From contig CBDCOZ010000003.1 in the NCBI GenBank assembly GCA_965220085.1, positions 1 through 64,000 of the forward strand: DNA of 64,000 nucleotides, written 5' to 3'. The position numbers were made by a program, and so were the translations under genes. This stretch comes from Candidatus Oxydemutatoraceae bacterium. Lineage in GTDB: Bacteria; Pseudomonadota; Gammaproteobacteria; Poriferisulfidales; Oxydemutatoraceae. Numbering within the stretch: the stretch's first letter is position 1; each line of letters starts with the position of its first letter. The notes below the pieces were generated by a model. That model was given only the letters and a program-made list of their open reading frames with translations, was not told the DNA's origin and searched no databases. Positions 21,443 through 30,949 of this stretch are shown in pieces.

Positions 21443-22004
21443 CGATCTCCTCCTCGGTTAACTTCTTTGCAATATCATTCATTATCTCAGTGCCCGGGTA
21501 ATCGCTCTCGCCGGCGCGATACGCTCTGAGACGGGCGGCGGTATATGCCGCGTGCTGAAACGACAACTTGGGAAAACCGGCGGCGGGGTTGCCGCTGCCT
21601 TTCGGGCCATGGCAGGCTATGCACGCGGCGATATTGGTCTCGGGGTTGCCCCCTTGATAGAGATGCTGGCCCGTCTCAACGAGCGCCTCATCGGCCGCGC
21701 CCGGCGATGTCTTCATCGATTCATAGTAAGCGGCAATATCGTCCATGTCCTGCTCGGAAAGCGCCGCCGCCTGAGGGTTCATCAGCGGATTGATACGCTT
21801 GTTTTCTTTGAAAAGCTTCAAGTGCTTCTTGATATAGTTAGCCGCCTGCCCCGCAATCTTCGGCCAGACCGGATTTACACTGTTGCCATCCGCGCCGTGG
21901 CATGCGACACACACGGCGGATTTCTGCCTGCCGGCGTCAATGTCACCCGCCGCCGATACGACAGCGGAAAGAAAAGCTATGCAAAAAGGCGCTAAAAACT
22001 TCAT
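21408..22004 (-). CDS. Di-heme cytochrome c4
   Basis: Signal peptide plus two CxxCH motifs (CVACH, CIACH). Confidence 0.93.
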   Translation of the reverse strand: MKFLAPFCIAFLSAVVSAAGDIDAGRQKSAVCVACHGADGNSVNPVWPKIAGQAANYIKKHLKLFKENKRINPLMNPQAAALSEQDMDDIAAYYESMKTSPGAADEALVETGQHLYQGGNPETNIAACIACHGPKGSGNPAAGFPKLSFQHAAYTAARLRAYRAGESDYPGTEIMNDIAKKLTEEEIDAVSSYIQGLH

Positions 22005-22344
22005 GGTTAATCTGATTCCTATCGGGCGCGGAACTTGTCTTGTTCCGCAACCGCAACGGCTTGCAATATAACACAAAAAGACCTTTTCCGTATGGTCTTG
22101 TAGGAAGCCATGACATATCGGACGCCTGAGGCAAGCATTGCGCCGCGTCACAGGGGCTTGAAACTTCGCCAGTGTAATCCCCTCGCAGGGGTGTGAAACC
22201 ATAGCGGATAGTCTGCCCGACGATTACCGAATGTCCGCAGGTCGGCCAGCGACAAACCCGTTTCAATGCCACAAACTCTTCTTGAAGAGGCGGGCAAGAT
22301 GTTCATTGAATGCATTCATTTGTATCCTGTCTCATCCTGCGCCT

Positions 22345-22965
22345 CACTCCCTTCGTGCCGCAGGGCGCTCGCGCTACCGCAACGGGCCCTCAAGAAAGAG
22401 GCGCAACCGCAAGCGCAGGTCTTGGCGAACGCATTCCGTTGCCCCATCGCAATGCGCGGGAGGCGTTGCCCCGAACGCCAAGACGGGCAGGCGCTATGCC
22501 GCCGCGGGTTCGCGCACCGGCGCATCTGATGGGACATATCGGCAAGCGGTCGCGCGATGGCGCGCGGGTCGGGACAAGCCGCGCCTTTTGTCTATGCTGT
22601 GGCGCTTTCCATGTTAGGCGCCACGGCCCCATGGCTAGAATTGTATATAAGCCCCCTACAAAGGGCATTTGCATGATTTGCATTTTGTGGTATAGTGCGA
22701 CAATTAACCAATTTACAAAGGGTTTATGAAGCACAAACAGTGGTGGAACGCAAACAATACTCAATTGTTTGCGGCTTCTTAAATTGTTTGTGCTCTTATA
22801 TCGTTTGTGTACATGACAAACACCAGGAGAAATACTATGATTTGTAGCAGAGAACATAGCGCTAAGAGTGCCAGCACTCATGGCACAACCGTATTCATCG
22901 GACAATCCATGAGGAGTAATAGCATGAAACGACAAACTTTTAACACTGCCCCCCCCCCCCCCCCC
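22345..22965. repeat. About 620-bp duplicated promoter/leader module, copy A
   Basis: Appears identical to 33326-33946 (offset 10981) and ends in the poly-C tract. Confidence 0.95.
22686..22701 (+). promoter_or_regulatory. Conserved promoter box TGTGGTATAGTGCGAC (extended -10-like)
   Basis: Identical at 33667-33682 and at 61106-61121 (minus strand). Preceded by a TTGCAT/TTGCAA -35-like hexamer. Confidence 0.65.
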
Positions 22966-23823
22966 TCCCTGTGCACAACATTAAGTAGGTGCGGCCTCTG
23001 GTCGCTGATGTTGCCAGCGCTGTTTGTTGTCTGCGCTCAGGCGCAGGCGCAGACCAACACTGCCGCCACCGGCGCACCGGCGGTCACAGCGGCCGACGGC
23101 GCCGACCTGAGCATGGTGGGGCCCAATGAGGACAGCGCACTGACCGCCGCCCGTGGCGACATAGCCGACACCGATGTCATCACCACATTCACGCCCAGCT
23201 GGGCCTGGCAACAGGCCGATGCCCCGGCCAGCGGCGCCCCCATGGACAGCGCCTACTCCGCCATAGCCGGGGCAACCGCCGCCACTTTCACGCCCCTGCA
23301 GGCCCATGTCGGCAAGTTCATCCGCGTCTGTGCCACCTTTGACGATGACGCCGGCAACAGCGAGACCCGTTGTTGGACCTCCGTCGCCGCCGTTGTCAAT
23401 GTGGATGATGCGCCTGTTGCGACGGACAACACTATTGATATACCGCTGGGCACTGCCGAATATGCCTTTGCATTTGAGGACTTTACCTACACCGACGAAG
23501 ATGGCGCTGATGACCTGCCTGCAAGCGTCCGAATAGAAACCGTACCTGCTACAGGCACCGGTTCCATAATCATTGCAAACATTGTTCGTCAAGGAGGGGT
23601 TGATTCCGTTGTCTTCCGGCTTGACTTCGGCGGAAATAGTACCCCCAAGTACAGATTGCCCGATGATGCAGTGACACCTGCTGCTGGCTATGCCAGCTTT
23701 ACTTTCAGTATGCGTTCATTCGGCGGAACCCGGAGTAACACTGCCACCATCACCATAAACCTGGTGGAGGCGGAGAACATACGCTTGCGCTTGCGCCTGT
23801 TCCTCGAAGGCCCGCTGCGATAG
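22924..23823 (+). CDS. Secreted Ig/cadherin-like protein with RLRLRLFLEGPLR tag (copy 2), poly-C in frame (ON)
   Basis: RBS GAGGAG, start MKRQTFNTA, a C17 tract at 22949-22965, signal peptide ending AQAQAQ, one Cys-pair Ig module and one cadherin-like module. Confidence 0.85.
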   Translation: MKRQTFNTAPPPPPSLCTTLSRCGLWSLMLPALFVVCAQAQAQTNTAATGAPAVTAADGADLSMVGPNEDSALTAARGDIADTDVITTFTPSWAWQQADAPASGAPMDSAYSAIAGATAATFTPLQAHVGKFIRVCATFDDDAGNSETRCWTSVAAVVNVDDAPVATDNTIDIPLGTAEYAFAFEDFTYTDEDGADDLPASVRIETVPATGTGSIIIANIVRQGGVDSVVFRLDFGGNSTPKYRLPDDAVTPAAGYASFTFSMRSFGGTRSNTATITINLVEAENIRLRLRLFLEGPLR

Positions 23824-24170
23824 CGTGAGCCATCCTCGGTGCTTGCGGTTGCGCCTGTTCTTGGAAGGCCCGCTGCGATAGCGCGAGCCATCCGCTCGCA
23901 AGACTCGCGCCGACACGCTCCGTGATGGGGCTGACGCGCGCGTAGCCCGTCGGCAACCGCGCGCTTTTTGCGCCCGCATCCGGCGCGCCGCTTTGATGCG
24001 CGCCGCGCAGACATCCCCGCTTTTATAGAAACCTTTGCTGTCGCAGCCGGTGTGTTGCTATTGCCTGTTGCGTCGATGCCGGGCATCCGGGATGTTTCCG
24101 GCATTATTCGCGGCGCGACCGATACGCCCGCTTAATCCGCCCGCTAAATCACCGTCACTTCGGCGCACCG

Positions 24171-25301
24171 TCACTTCCGCTCGGCGGATTCAACCGCCAT
24201 GGCTTCGCGCCAGACTTTGTAGTCGGGCCGCAAAGCCAGACTTTTCTCAAAGTGCTCTTTGGCTTGCGCGGACAAACCGCACTGCCGATACAGTCTGGCA
24301 ACGGCGGCCAGCAACGCCGGATTATCGGGCTGCGACGCCAGCCACCGTTTTGCTTGTTCCAGTCTTTCTTGCGCGCCTTCGGCGATGTCGGGCGATGCGA
24401 AACGCTCAATCGCTTGGCTGTTCCAGTCGGCCTCTATCAGTCGCTTGAGTATGCTCTCGCCCTTCCCGACCATGCCGGCGCGCATCATATTGACCGCATA
24501 ATCCGCTTGGGTGCGCTCGCGCACTCGCGCATCGCAGTTGCGCCACAACCACCGCACCCGTTGTCCGTCTTTCCTCTCCGCCGCATCGCGCATCAGCGCG
24601 GTCGCCGCGCAAGCGAGCGTATCCAGACTGTCGCGCTCGGGCAACTCAAGCGCGGCGGATACGCGCAGAAATGTCTCGCCGCCGATTTTCCACAAGCCGT
24701 TTTCCGAACACAGTTTTCGCAGGCATTCGATCGCGCGCAAGTTATCCGGGTTTTTATCTATGACTCGCATGAGTTTGCGCACGGTTGCCTCCGGCGGCTG
24801 TTCGCTCGCTTGGGTCTCAATTTGCAACAAGTCCAGAATCTCGCCGTCGGAAACAGCGCGGCGGGCTTTGTTGAGCGCCCGGCGCGCCTCATCGGCGTCG
24901 CCGCAATGCATCTTGCATCGCGCCAGCAGCATATTGACCGCGCCATTGAGCGGCGCGCCTAAGGCGTCTGTCTTAGCGAGCGATGCGGCGGCGCGCTTGT
25001 AGTCGCCGCCGGCATATGCCGCAAGCCCTTCGCCGAGCTTTTCCCGCGCCTGTTTGCGGCGGTTGCGCTCAAGCGCCGCCGACACCCGCGCGGGTATCCG
25101 CAGCACAGAGACGGATAGCCGGATGAGTAGCGCGGACACGACAAACAAGCCGATTAAGAAGATGCCGAAACTCAAAAAGCTCGCGCCGTATTCCCAGCCG
25201 CCGAGGCGGAAGACGACTTGGCCTTGGTGTTGGCCCGCAAGCGCGACCAGCGCAAGCACCGCAACCAGTATCAAAACCATCATGAAAAAAATACGCTTCA
25301 T
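24171..25301 (-). CDS. hemY: HemY-like TPR membrane protein
   Basis: Two N-terminal transmembrane segments and TPR-like helices. Lies after hemX. Confidence 0.75.
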   Translation of the reverse strand: MKRIFFMMVLILVAVLALVALAGQHQGQVVFRLGGWEYGASFLSFGIFLIGLFVVSALLIRLSVSVLRIPARVSAALERNRRKQAREKLGEGLAAYAGGDYKRAAASLAKTDALGAPLNGAVNMLLARCKMHCGDADEARRALNKARRAVSDGEILDLLQIETQASEQPPEATVRKLMRVIDKNPDNLRAIECLRKLCSENGLWKIGGETFLRVSAALELPERDSLDTLACAATALMRDAAERKDGQRVRWLWRNCDARVRERTQADYAVNMMRAGMVGKGESILKRLIEADWNSQAIERFASPDIAEGAQERLEQAKRWLASQPDNPALLAAVARLYRQCGLSAQAKEHFEKSLALRPDYKVWREAMAVESAERK

Positions 25302-26236
25302 CGTGGCGCTCCGCCGTAAATCTCTTGCAGTGACCGCAAGCGCGGACGCCGCCACTCGATATCAAGCCGCGCCAACGCATCCAATGCCGCAAGAAACGCC
25401 GCATCTTTTTCAAACCGCTCGGCCAGACGGCGCGCGCCGTCAAGCGATGCCAGATACTTTTCGCGGTCTGCGTCAAGGGCGGCGACTCTGGCGACCAGCA
25501 GAAAGTTGAGCAACTTCTCATTCGCCCGCTCCGTATCGTCGGCCTTGCGAATCGTCACGGCTTCCCGCATACCCTGCGGCAAATACTCCAGCAGCGCATG
25601 TATCAGAGTTGAGGAGGCGGCGGTCGCCGGGCGTTCGGGAATGAGGCATTGATCCAATAGCGCATTGATCAGCGGCGCCGCGCGTTGCGGGGAACGACCG
25701 GCATATCGTTCTATCGTGACAATATCCGCCGCAATCGCTTTGCGCAGTTCCGAAGTTTGCGCTGTCGGCGCCAACCCCGCAAGCGCCGCCTGCGCTTCGC
25801 GCAAGTATTCCGTTGCCACAGCGTTACGGCCGCGAGCAAAGGCGCGCTCGGCCAGCAGAAGCAGAGTCTCCGTCCGCGTCAAGGACAACTCGTGTTTCAA
25901 CTCCCGCAACTCGGCTTCGGCTTGCGCCTTGATTTGGCGCAAAGGTTGTAACTCCGCGGGCGGCGCTTGGGGGTCGGGCCGGGTAGCGACAGCGGGCGGA
26001 ACTGGTTCGCCGGGCGCTTGCTCATCCGCCGCAACGTCTTCGGCGGAGGTCCAATCTTGCGGCCACTCTACGGGCAGATACCGCCACACCCACGCAATGA
26101 TTGCCACTGCTACGACAAGTGTAATGATGCTCGTCAGCAAGCGGAATATGCTTCGGGGAGACGTCTTTGCAGGCTGATTATTTGTATCGCTGGATTCTGG
26201 CACCATCGCATTATAAAACGATTGCTCACGGAGCAT
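25298..26236 (-). CDS. HemX-like protein
   Basis: Transmembrane segment plus coiled coil, in hemC-hemD-X-hemY synteny. Confidence 0.6.
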   Translation of the reverse strand: MLREQSFYNAMVPESSDTNNQPAKTSPRSIFRLLTSIITLVVAVAIIAWVWRYLPVEWPQDWTSAEDVAADEQAPGEPVPPAVATRPDPQAPPAELQPLRQIKAQAEAELRELKHELSLTRTETLLLLAERAFARGRNAVATEYLREAQAALAGLAPTAQTSELRKAIAADIVTIERYAGRSPQRAAPLINALLDQCLIPERPATAASSTLIHALLEYLPQGMREAVTIRKADDTERANEKLLNFLLVARVAALDADREKYLASLDGARRLAERFEKDAAFLAALDALARLDIEWRRPRLRSLQEIYGGAPR

Positions 26237-26987
26237 AACCTTGGCACCATCTCAGAGTCGCCCGCCACATATCCTCATCCAGCGCGCTGGCGGCGATCAC
26301 AGGGGCTTTGTGAAAGCCAATCTGCTCATGCACTGTAACCATGCTTTGGCTGCAAACAACTACCCGTACCTCAAGCAGACGCGGTCGCGACGCATCTTCT
26401 GTCATCTGATACAGGTTGCGCAGACTTTCCGCGCTGGATGCCAGAACAACATCGGGCGGCGACATCGCATCATCAAATGACAGTACGGCGCGGGGCTTCT
26501 CACGCCGGTATACTTGGGCGTATGTCACCCGCGCGCCTTGCGCGCGCAAATGTTCGGCGAGTGATTCTTTGCCGCCTTGCCCGCGAACGATCAGCGCTTC
26601 GCAATCACGAATCCTCTCCAGCAATCCACTTTCAATCAGAGCCTCGGCGCTCGGCGCGGCTTGCGAAGGCGCCTTGCAGGGAATGCCTTCTTGCCGCAGT
26701 TGTCGCGCGGTCTTCGCGCCGATGGCGATAACATTTTCTTGCGGCAATGCGACGCCGATTCGGCGCAACAACTTGCAAGCGCACAACGCGGCATTGCGAC
26801 TGATAAATATCAGCGCACAAAAACGATCAAGCTCTTTGAACAGAGAGACGACTTGCGGGGTATCCGCGCTAGCGACGATGCGCACGGTCGGGAAGCGAAT
26901 CGCTGTGGCGCCGGCGGCCTCGATCAACTTGCATAAGCCGTCCGCAAGGTGCGCCGGACGCGTCACCATGACACGCAGCTCCCGCAC
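26226..26987 (-). CDS. hemD: Uroporphyrinogen-III synthase
   Basis: Motifs VMVTRP, IFISRNA, AIGAKTA and LIVRGQGG. Confidence 0.9.
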   Translation of the reverse strand: MRELRVMVTRPAHLADGLCKLIEAAGATAIRFPTVRIVASADTPQVVSLFKELDRFCALIFISRNAALCACKLLRRIGVALPQENVIAIGAKTARQLRQEGIPCKAPSQAAPSAEALIESGLLERIRDCEALIVRGQGGKESLAEHLRAQGARVTYAQVYRREKPRAVLSFDDAMSPPDVVLASSAESLRNLYQMTEDASRPRLLEVRVVVCSQSMVTVHEQIGFHKAPVIAASALDEDMWRATLRWCQGYAP

Positions 26988-27003
26988 ATTTTTCTTGGCG
27001 GAT

Positions 27004-27933
27004 TCAGGCAAGGTCGGACTTCGACTCGGAGAGGATGCGCGCAGCGCCCTGAGCCAGCAAGGCCGCGGCGGTGTCGCGCGCCAGACTATCGGCGGCGGCG
27101 CACGGGCCTTGGCGGCTGTCGCGCAATACCGCTTTGCCATCGCTGTCGCCGAGGGCGGCATCGATGCGAACGGCATCGCGCTCTTTGCGCGCGTACACGG
27201 CGATCGGCATGCGGCAATCGGCGCCGAGGCGGCGACTGACGACCCGTTCGGCATTGACACACAGCCCGGTATCCGCATCGTGCAAGGGGCGAATCAAATC
27301 CAAGACCGCGCTATCGCCCGCGCGACACTCAATGCCGATGGCGCCTTGCCCTATCGCCGGCAAACAGACATCAATCGGCAGCTGAGCGTAGCCGTCTATG
27401 CCAAGACGCAGCAGACCGGCGCAAGCCAGAACAATCGCATCAAATTCCCCGGCATCCAATTTGGCCAGGCGCGTGTTGACATTGCCGCGCAACGGGGCGA
27501 CCCGCAGATCGGGGCGGTAATTTTTTAACTGGAAGCGCCGGCGCAAACTGGCGGTGCCGATGACAGCGCCCGGCGGAAGATCATCCGGCCGATCGCAGCG
27601 TTTGCAAATCAGGGCATCGAACGGGTTGACGCGCTTGGTCATCGCGGCGATGCAAAAGTCATCCGCTATATCCGCCGGCACATCCTTCATGGAATGCACG
27701 GCGATGTCGGTCTCTTCGCGCAACAGGCTTTGCTCCAGTTCTTTGACAAACAGCGCCTTCCCGCCCGTATCGGTCAATGGGCGGGAGACAAAGCGGTCGC
27801 CGTCGGTTGTGATACCGACGACTTCCGCTTGCAATGACGGATACCGTTCGCGCAATGCATCGCGCACCAAATTGCTTTGACACAATGCGAGCGGGCTTTT
27901 ACGAGTGGCTATGCGCAGGACATCCATGCCCAC
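27004..27933 (-). CDS. hemC: Hydroxymethylbilane synthase
   Basis: Motifs IATRKSPLAL, DIAVHSMKDVP and LRGNVNTRL. Confidence 0.97.
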   Translation of the reverse strand: MGMDVLRIATRKSPLALCQSNLVRDALRERYPSLQAEVVGITTDGDRFVSRPLTDTGGKALFVKELEQSLLREETDIAVHSMKDVPADIADDFCIAAMTKRVNPFDALICKRCDRPDDLPPGAVIGTASLRRRFQLKNYRPDLRVAPLRGNVNTRLAKLDAGEFDAIVLACAGLLRLGIDGYAQLPIDVCLPAIGQGAIGIECRAGDSAVLDLIRPLHDADTGLCVNAERVVSRRLGADCRMPIAVYARKERDAVRIDAALGDSDGKAVLRDSRQGPCAAADSLARDTAAALLAQGAARILSESKSDLA

Positions 27934-27989
27934 ATATTAAGGCAACTCGCAAAAATAATCACCGCATAAGGGCCGCAACGACGGCGGGA

Positions 27990-28742
27990 TTATTTTTTAT
28001 CCTCCCGTCCCGCCGCAAACCGCCTCAGAAATTGTCGCGTATCCGCGATGTGTCTGCGGCTGATAAAGATCTTCTCTTTGCAATGCTTCAACTTCAGAAA
28101 GTTACGTCCGAATCTGTCTTTTTCCATAGCTTCAAGATAATCAAAGTTAACCAATACGCCGCGATGCACCCGGAAAAAATATCCGGCGAAGTCTTTTTCC
28201 AACTTGACCAGCGTTTCGGCCAGCAAATCTTCGCCATTGACATGTTTTACCAGAGTGTATTTTGCCTGCGATCTGAGAAAGATAATATCTTCGGCGGCGA
28301 TCAGGTATACCCTGCTCTTGCTGCGGCAATATATATGCCGCCGCCGATTGACTTTCTTCTCGTCGTCGGCGACGCGTAACGAAAGGTCGCGACGAGCGTG
28401 CGAAATTTTCTCTTCGAGTTTTTCGCGCAGAATCGGCTTCAAAAGGTAGCCGCAAGCTCTCGTATCAAACGCGCTCAGCGCATGACTGGAATATGCGGTT
28501 GTGAAAATAATCTGCGGCGCATCGTAAGCGCTTGAGATATACTTCGCGGCTTCGATGCCATCCATAACGGGCATGTGAATATCCATCAACACCAGGTCCA
28601 CATTAAGCTGTGATACCTTGCTGACCGCTTCCACGCCGTTATTTGCAAAACCGGCGACATGGCAACCCGGAATATCCGAGACCATGTCACTCAGGTACTT
28701 CTGAGCGAGTCGCTCATCATCGACTATAAGAACATTTATCAT
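27990..28742 (-). CDS. algR: LytTR response regulator (AlgR-like)
   Basis: REC domain plus LytTR domain (FFRVHR, ISRR). Lies upstream of hemC. Confidence 0.85.
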   Translation of the reverse strand: MINVLIVDDERLAQKYLSDMVSDIPGCHVAGFANNGVEAVSKVSQLNVDLVLMDIHMPVMDGIEAAKYISSAYDAPQIIFTTAYSSHALSAFDTRACGYLLKPILREKLEEKISHARRDLSLRVADDEKKVNRRRHIYCRSKSRVYLIAAEDIIFLRSQAKYTLVKHVNGEDLLAETLVKLEKDFAGYFFRVHRGVLVNFDYLEAMEKDRFGRNFLKLKHCKEKIFISRRHIADTRQFLRRFAAGREDKK

Positions 28743-29479
28743 TTTTCCTCCTTCGGAAAACTAATTAAAATATGATATTTCCCCATATTTTGTGATTTAA
28801 CAAATCGGAACCGACCTTTGCCGTAATGCAACGCCAAACGTTTTTCTATGTTTGCTTGCGCGCTGGAATGCCCCGGCGAATGCGAGCGCTCGCCGACCGG
28901 ATTTTCTATTTCAAAGATAATCTTCCGGTTTGAAGATGTGACGGTCACATCCACCCTGCCCGCATGCGCGGACAAGGTCTCCACCCCGTGGTAGATGGCA
29001 TTCTCCACCAGCGGTTGCAGAAACATGGTCGGAACATGCGCCGACAGCGCATCATCGCAATCGAGGCGCCACGCGACTTGCAATCTGTCACCCAGCCTGA
29101 CTCGCTCTATGTCGACATAGCGGCGCGCGGTTTCGATCTCCTCTTGCAAAGAAATTTTTTCCTTTTGGCTCAACATCACCCTGAAAAGTTCGGATATGTT
29201 CTCAAGATTACCCTTTGCGCGCTGCGGATACGATTCAATAAGACAGACGGTAGTGTTTAAGGCATTAAAGAGAAAATGGTGGCGAATATAGCGATGAAGC
29301 GAGTCAATATCCCGGTCGGGCGCGCGCTTTTTGCGCAGCAAATAAAGCAGCCAGAGCACCGCGGCGCAAGCAACCGCCAGCGCGATCCAGAAAAACAGAT
29401 ATTCGGCGCCGCAGGGCGCGGACTGATTTAACAAGCGATTCATATTCCCTCCGTCTTGTGTTTGCGTAAGTGATGTCAT
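28739..29479 (-). CDS. LytS-type sensor kinase (FimS/AlgZ-like)
   Basis: Motifs HFLFNALN and LQPLVENAIYHG. Confidence 0.85.
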   Translation of the reverse strand: MTSLTQTQDGGNMNRLLNQSAPCGAEYLFFWIALAVACAAVLWLLYLLRKKRAPDRDIDSLHRYIRHHFLFNALNTTVCLIESYPQRAKGNLENISELFRVMLSQKEKISLQEEIETARRYVDIERVRLGDRLQVAWRLDCDDALSAHVPTMFLQPLVENAIYHGVETLSAHAGRVDVTVTSSNRKIIFEIENPVGERSHSPGHSSAQANIEKRLALHYGKGRFRFVKSQNMGKYHILISFPKEEK

Positions 29480-29697
29480 GTTTACTCCCCGAAATTTACA
29501 AAATCATAATAAATGCCATAGGCGCATCCAATATGGCATAAAGATGATAAAATCAATTCCATCCGAATGCATGACTTATTTCCCGAAAGGCAGAGATTAT
29601 TTCTTAAACGGTCATACGACCTTCGGAGAGCAAACTATTTTTGAATTAAAATAATGTCAGAACATGAAGGCAGATCAATTCTCCCAGAGCTAACACA

Positions 29698-30777
29698 ATG
29701 AGCCAAGCATTAAACAAAGCGCCAGACTTTGCATCTCCCGCTCTGAGCACAGAGCGGACAAACTATGCAATCGGCGAACTATTCTGCGGTGCGGGCGGCT
29801 TAGCGTTAGGCGCGCACCTTGCTAAGTTCAAAGGGCGCGGCTTCCGCCACATCTGGGCGAGCGATATGGAAAAAGCCGCGTGCGAGACCTTGCAATATAA
29901 CTTGCCTGTGGAAAAGGTTATCTGTAGCCGCGTAGAAAAGCTGAGCTTTGCTGCCCTTGATGATATTGACGGGCTGGCATTTGGATTCCCTTGTAATGAT
30001 TTCAGCATTGTTGGAAAACACAAAGGCATCACAGGCCAATATGGCGGTCTCTACCGGTGGGGCGCAAAGGCATTAAGACACTTCCGGCCTTCCTTTTTTA
30101 TAGCGGAAAATGTCAGCGGCATTAAAAGCAGCGGCAGCAAAAAAGATTTGGAGACCATATTAAGAGCGCTTGAGAATGAGGGCTACGACCTCAATGTCAA
30201 TGAGTATAAGTTTGAGGAGTATGGCATTCCTCAAAACCGCCACAGAATGATTATTGTGGGATTTAAGAAATCATTGAATGTGACAGGGTTTAAATTACCC
30301 GCCAAATCAAAAAAGAAAAAAACTGCCAGAGAAGCATTGACGCAACCGCCCATCCCCGAAGATGCGACAAACAATGAATTCACTTCGCAAAGCAAGAGGG
30401 TTATAGAGCGTTTGCGTTATATCAAACCGGGCGAGAATGTTTTTACCGCCAAAATACCAAAGCAGTTTCGGTTAAATCTAAAATCAAATACGGAAATAAG
30501 CCAAATATACAAGCGCTTAAAAGCCGATGAACCCGCCTATACGATTACAGGCTCGGGCGGCGGCGGAACGCATATGTACCACTGGAGCGAATGCCGCGCC
30601 TTGACAAACAGGGAACGCGCTCGATTGCAAACCTTCCCTGATAGGTTTATTTTTAGGGGTGGTAAAGAGGCAGTAAGAAAGCAAATAGGTATGGCAGTTC
30701 CCCCCGAAGGGGCACGGCTTATTCTAAAACAAGTGCTTAAAGCACTTATTAACAATGGAATAAAAGCCAAATGCTGA
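29698..30777 (+). CDS. DNA (cytosine-5) methyltransferase
   Basis: Motifs LFCGAGG, GFPCNDFS, ENV, PQNRHR and RARLQTFP. AT-rich relative to its neighbours. Confidence 0.95.
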   Translation: MSQALNKAPDFASPALSTERTNYAIGELFCGAGGLALGAHLAKFKGRGFRHIWASDMEKAACETLQYNLPVEKVICSRVEKLSFAALDDIDGLAFGFPCNDFSIVGKHKGITGQYGGLYRWGAKALRHFRPSFFIAENVSGIKSSGSKKDLETILRALENEGYDLNVNEYKFEEYGIPQNRHRMIIVGFKKSLNVTGFKLPAKSKKKKTAREALTQPPIPEDATNNEFTSQSKRVIERLRYIKPGENVFTAKIPKQFRLNLKSNTEISQIYKRLKADEPAYTITGSGGGGTHMYHWSECRALTNRERARLQTFPDRFIFRGGKEAVRKQIGMAVPPEGARLILKQVLKALINNGIKAKC

Positions 30778-30949
30778 CAGAGGATTTGTTCAAGAGTGTT
30801 TTAATTAAACCCGCAACTGACGGGGCTATGGATTTTTCTCCTAACCTTGGAGCAGGCGATGACGCTGAATTATGGGAAAAATGATATGACCTATTGCTTG
30901 ACAAAGCAATGCCTGCTCCCAATAGATATTTAGGCGATAGCGGACAGTT

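Noticed and set aside
22807-22923. Upstream GTG start for the tagged gene, as given in the ORF track
   Set aside because: The ATG at 22924 has a GAGGAG RBS and matches the MK(R/Q).. start of the paralog at 60928.
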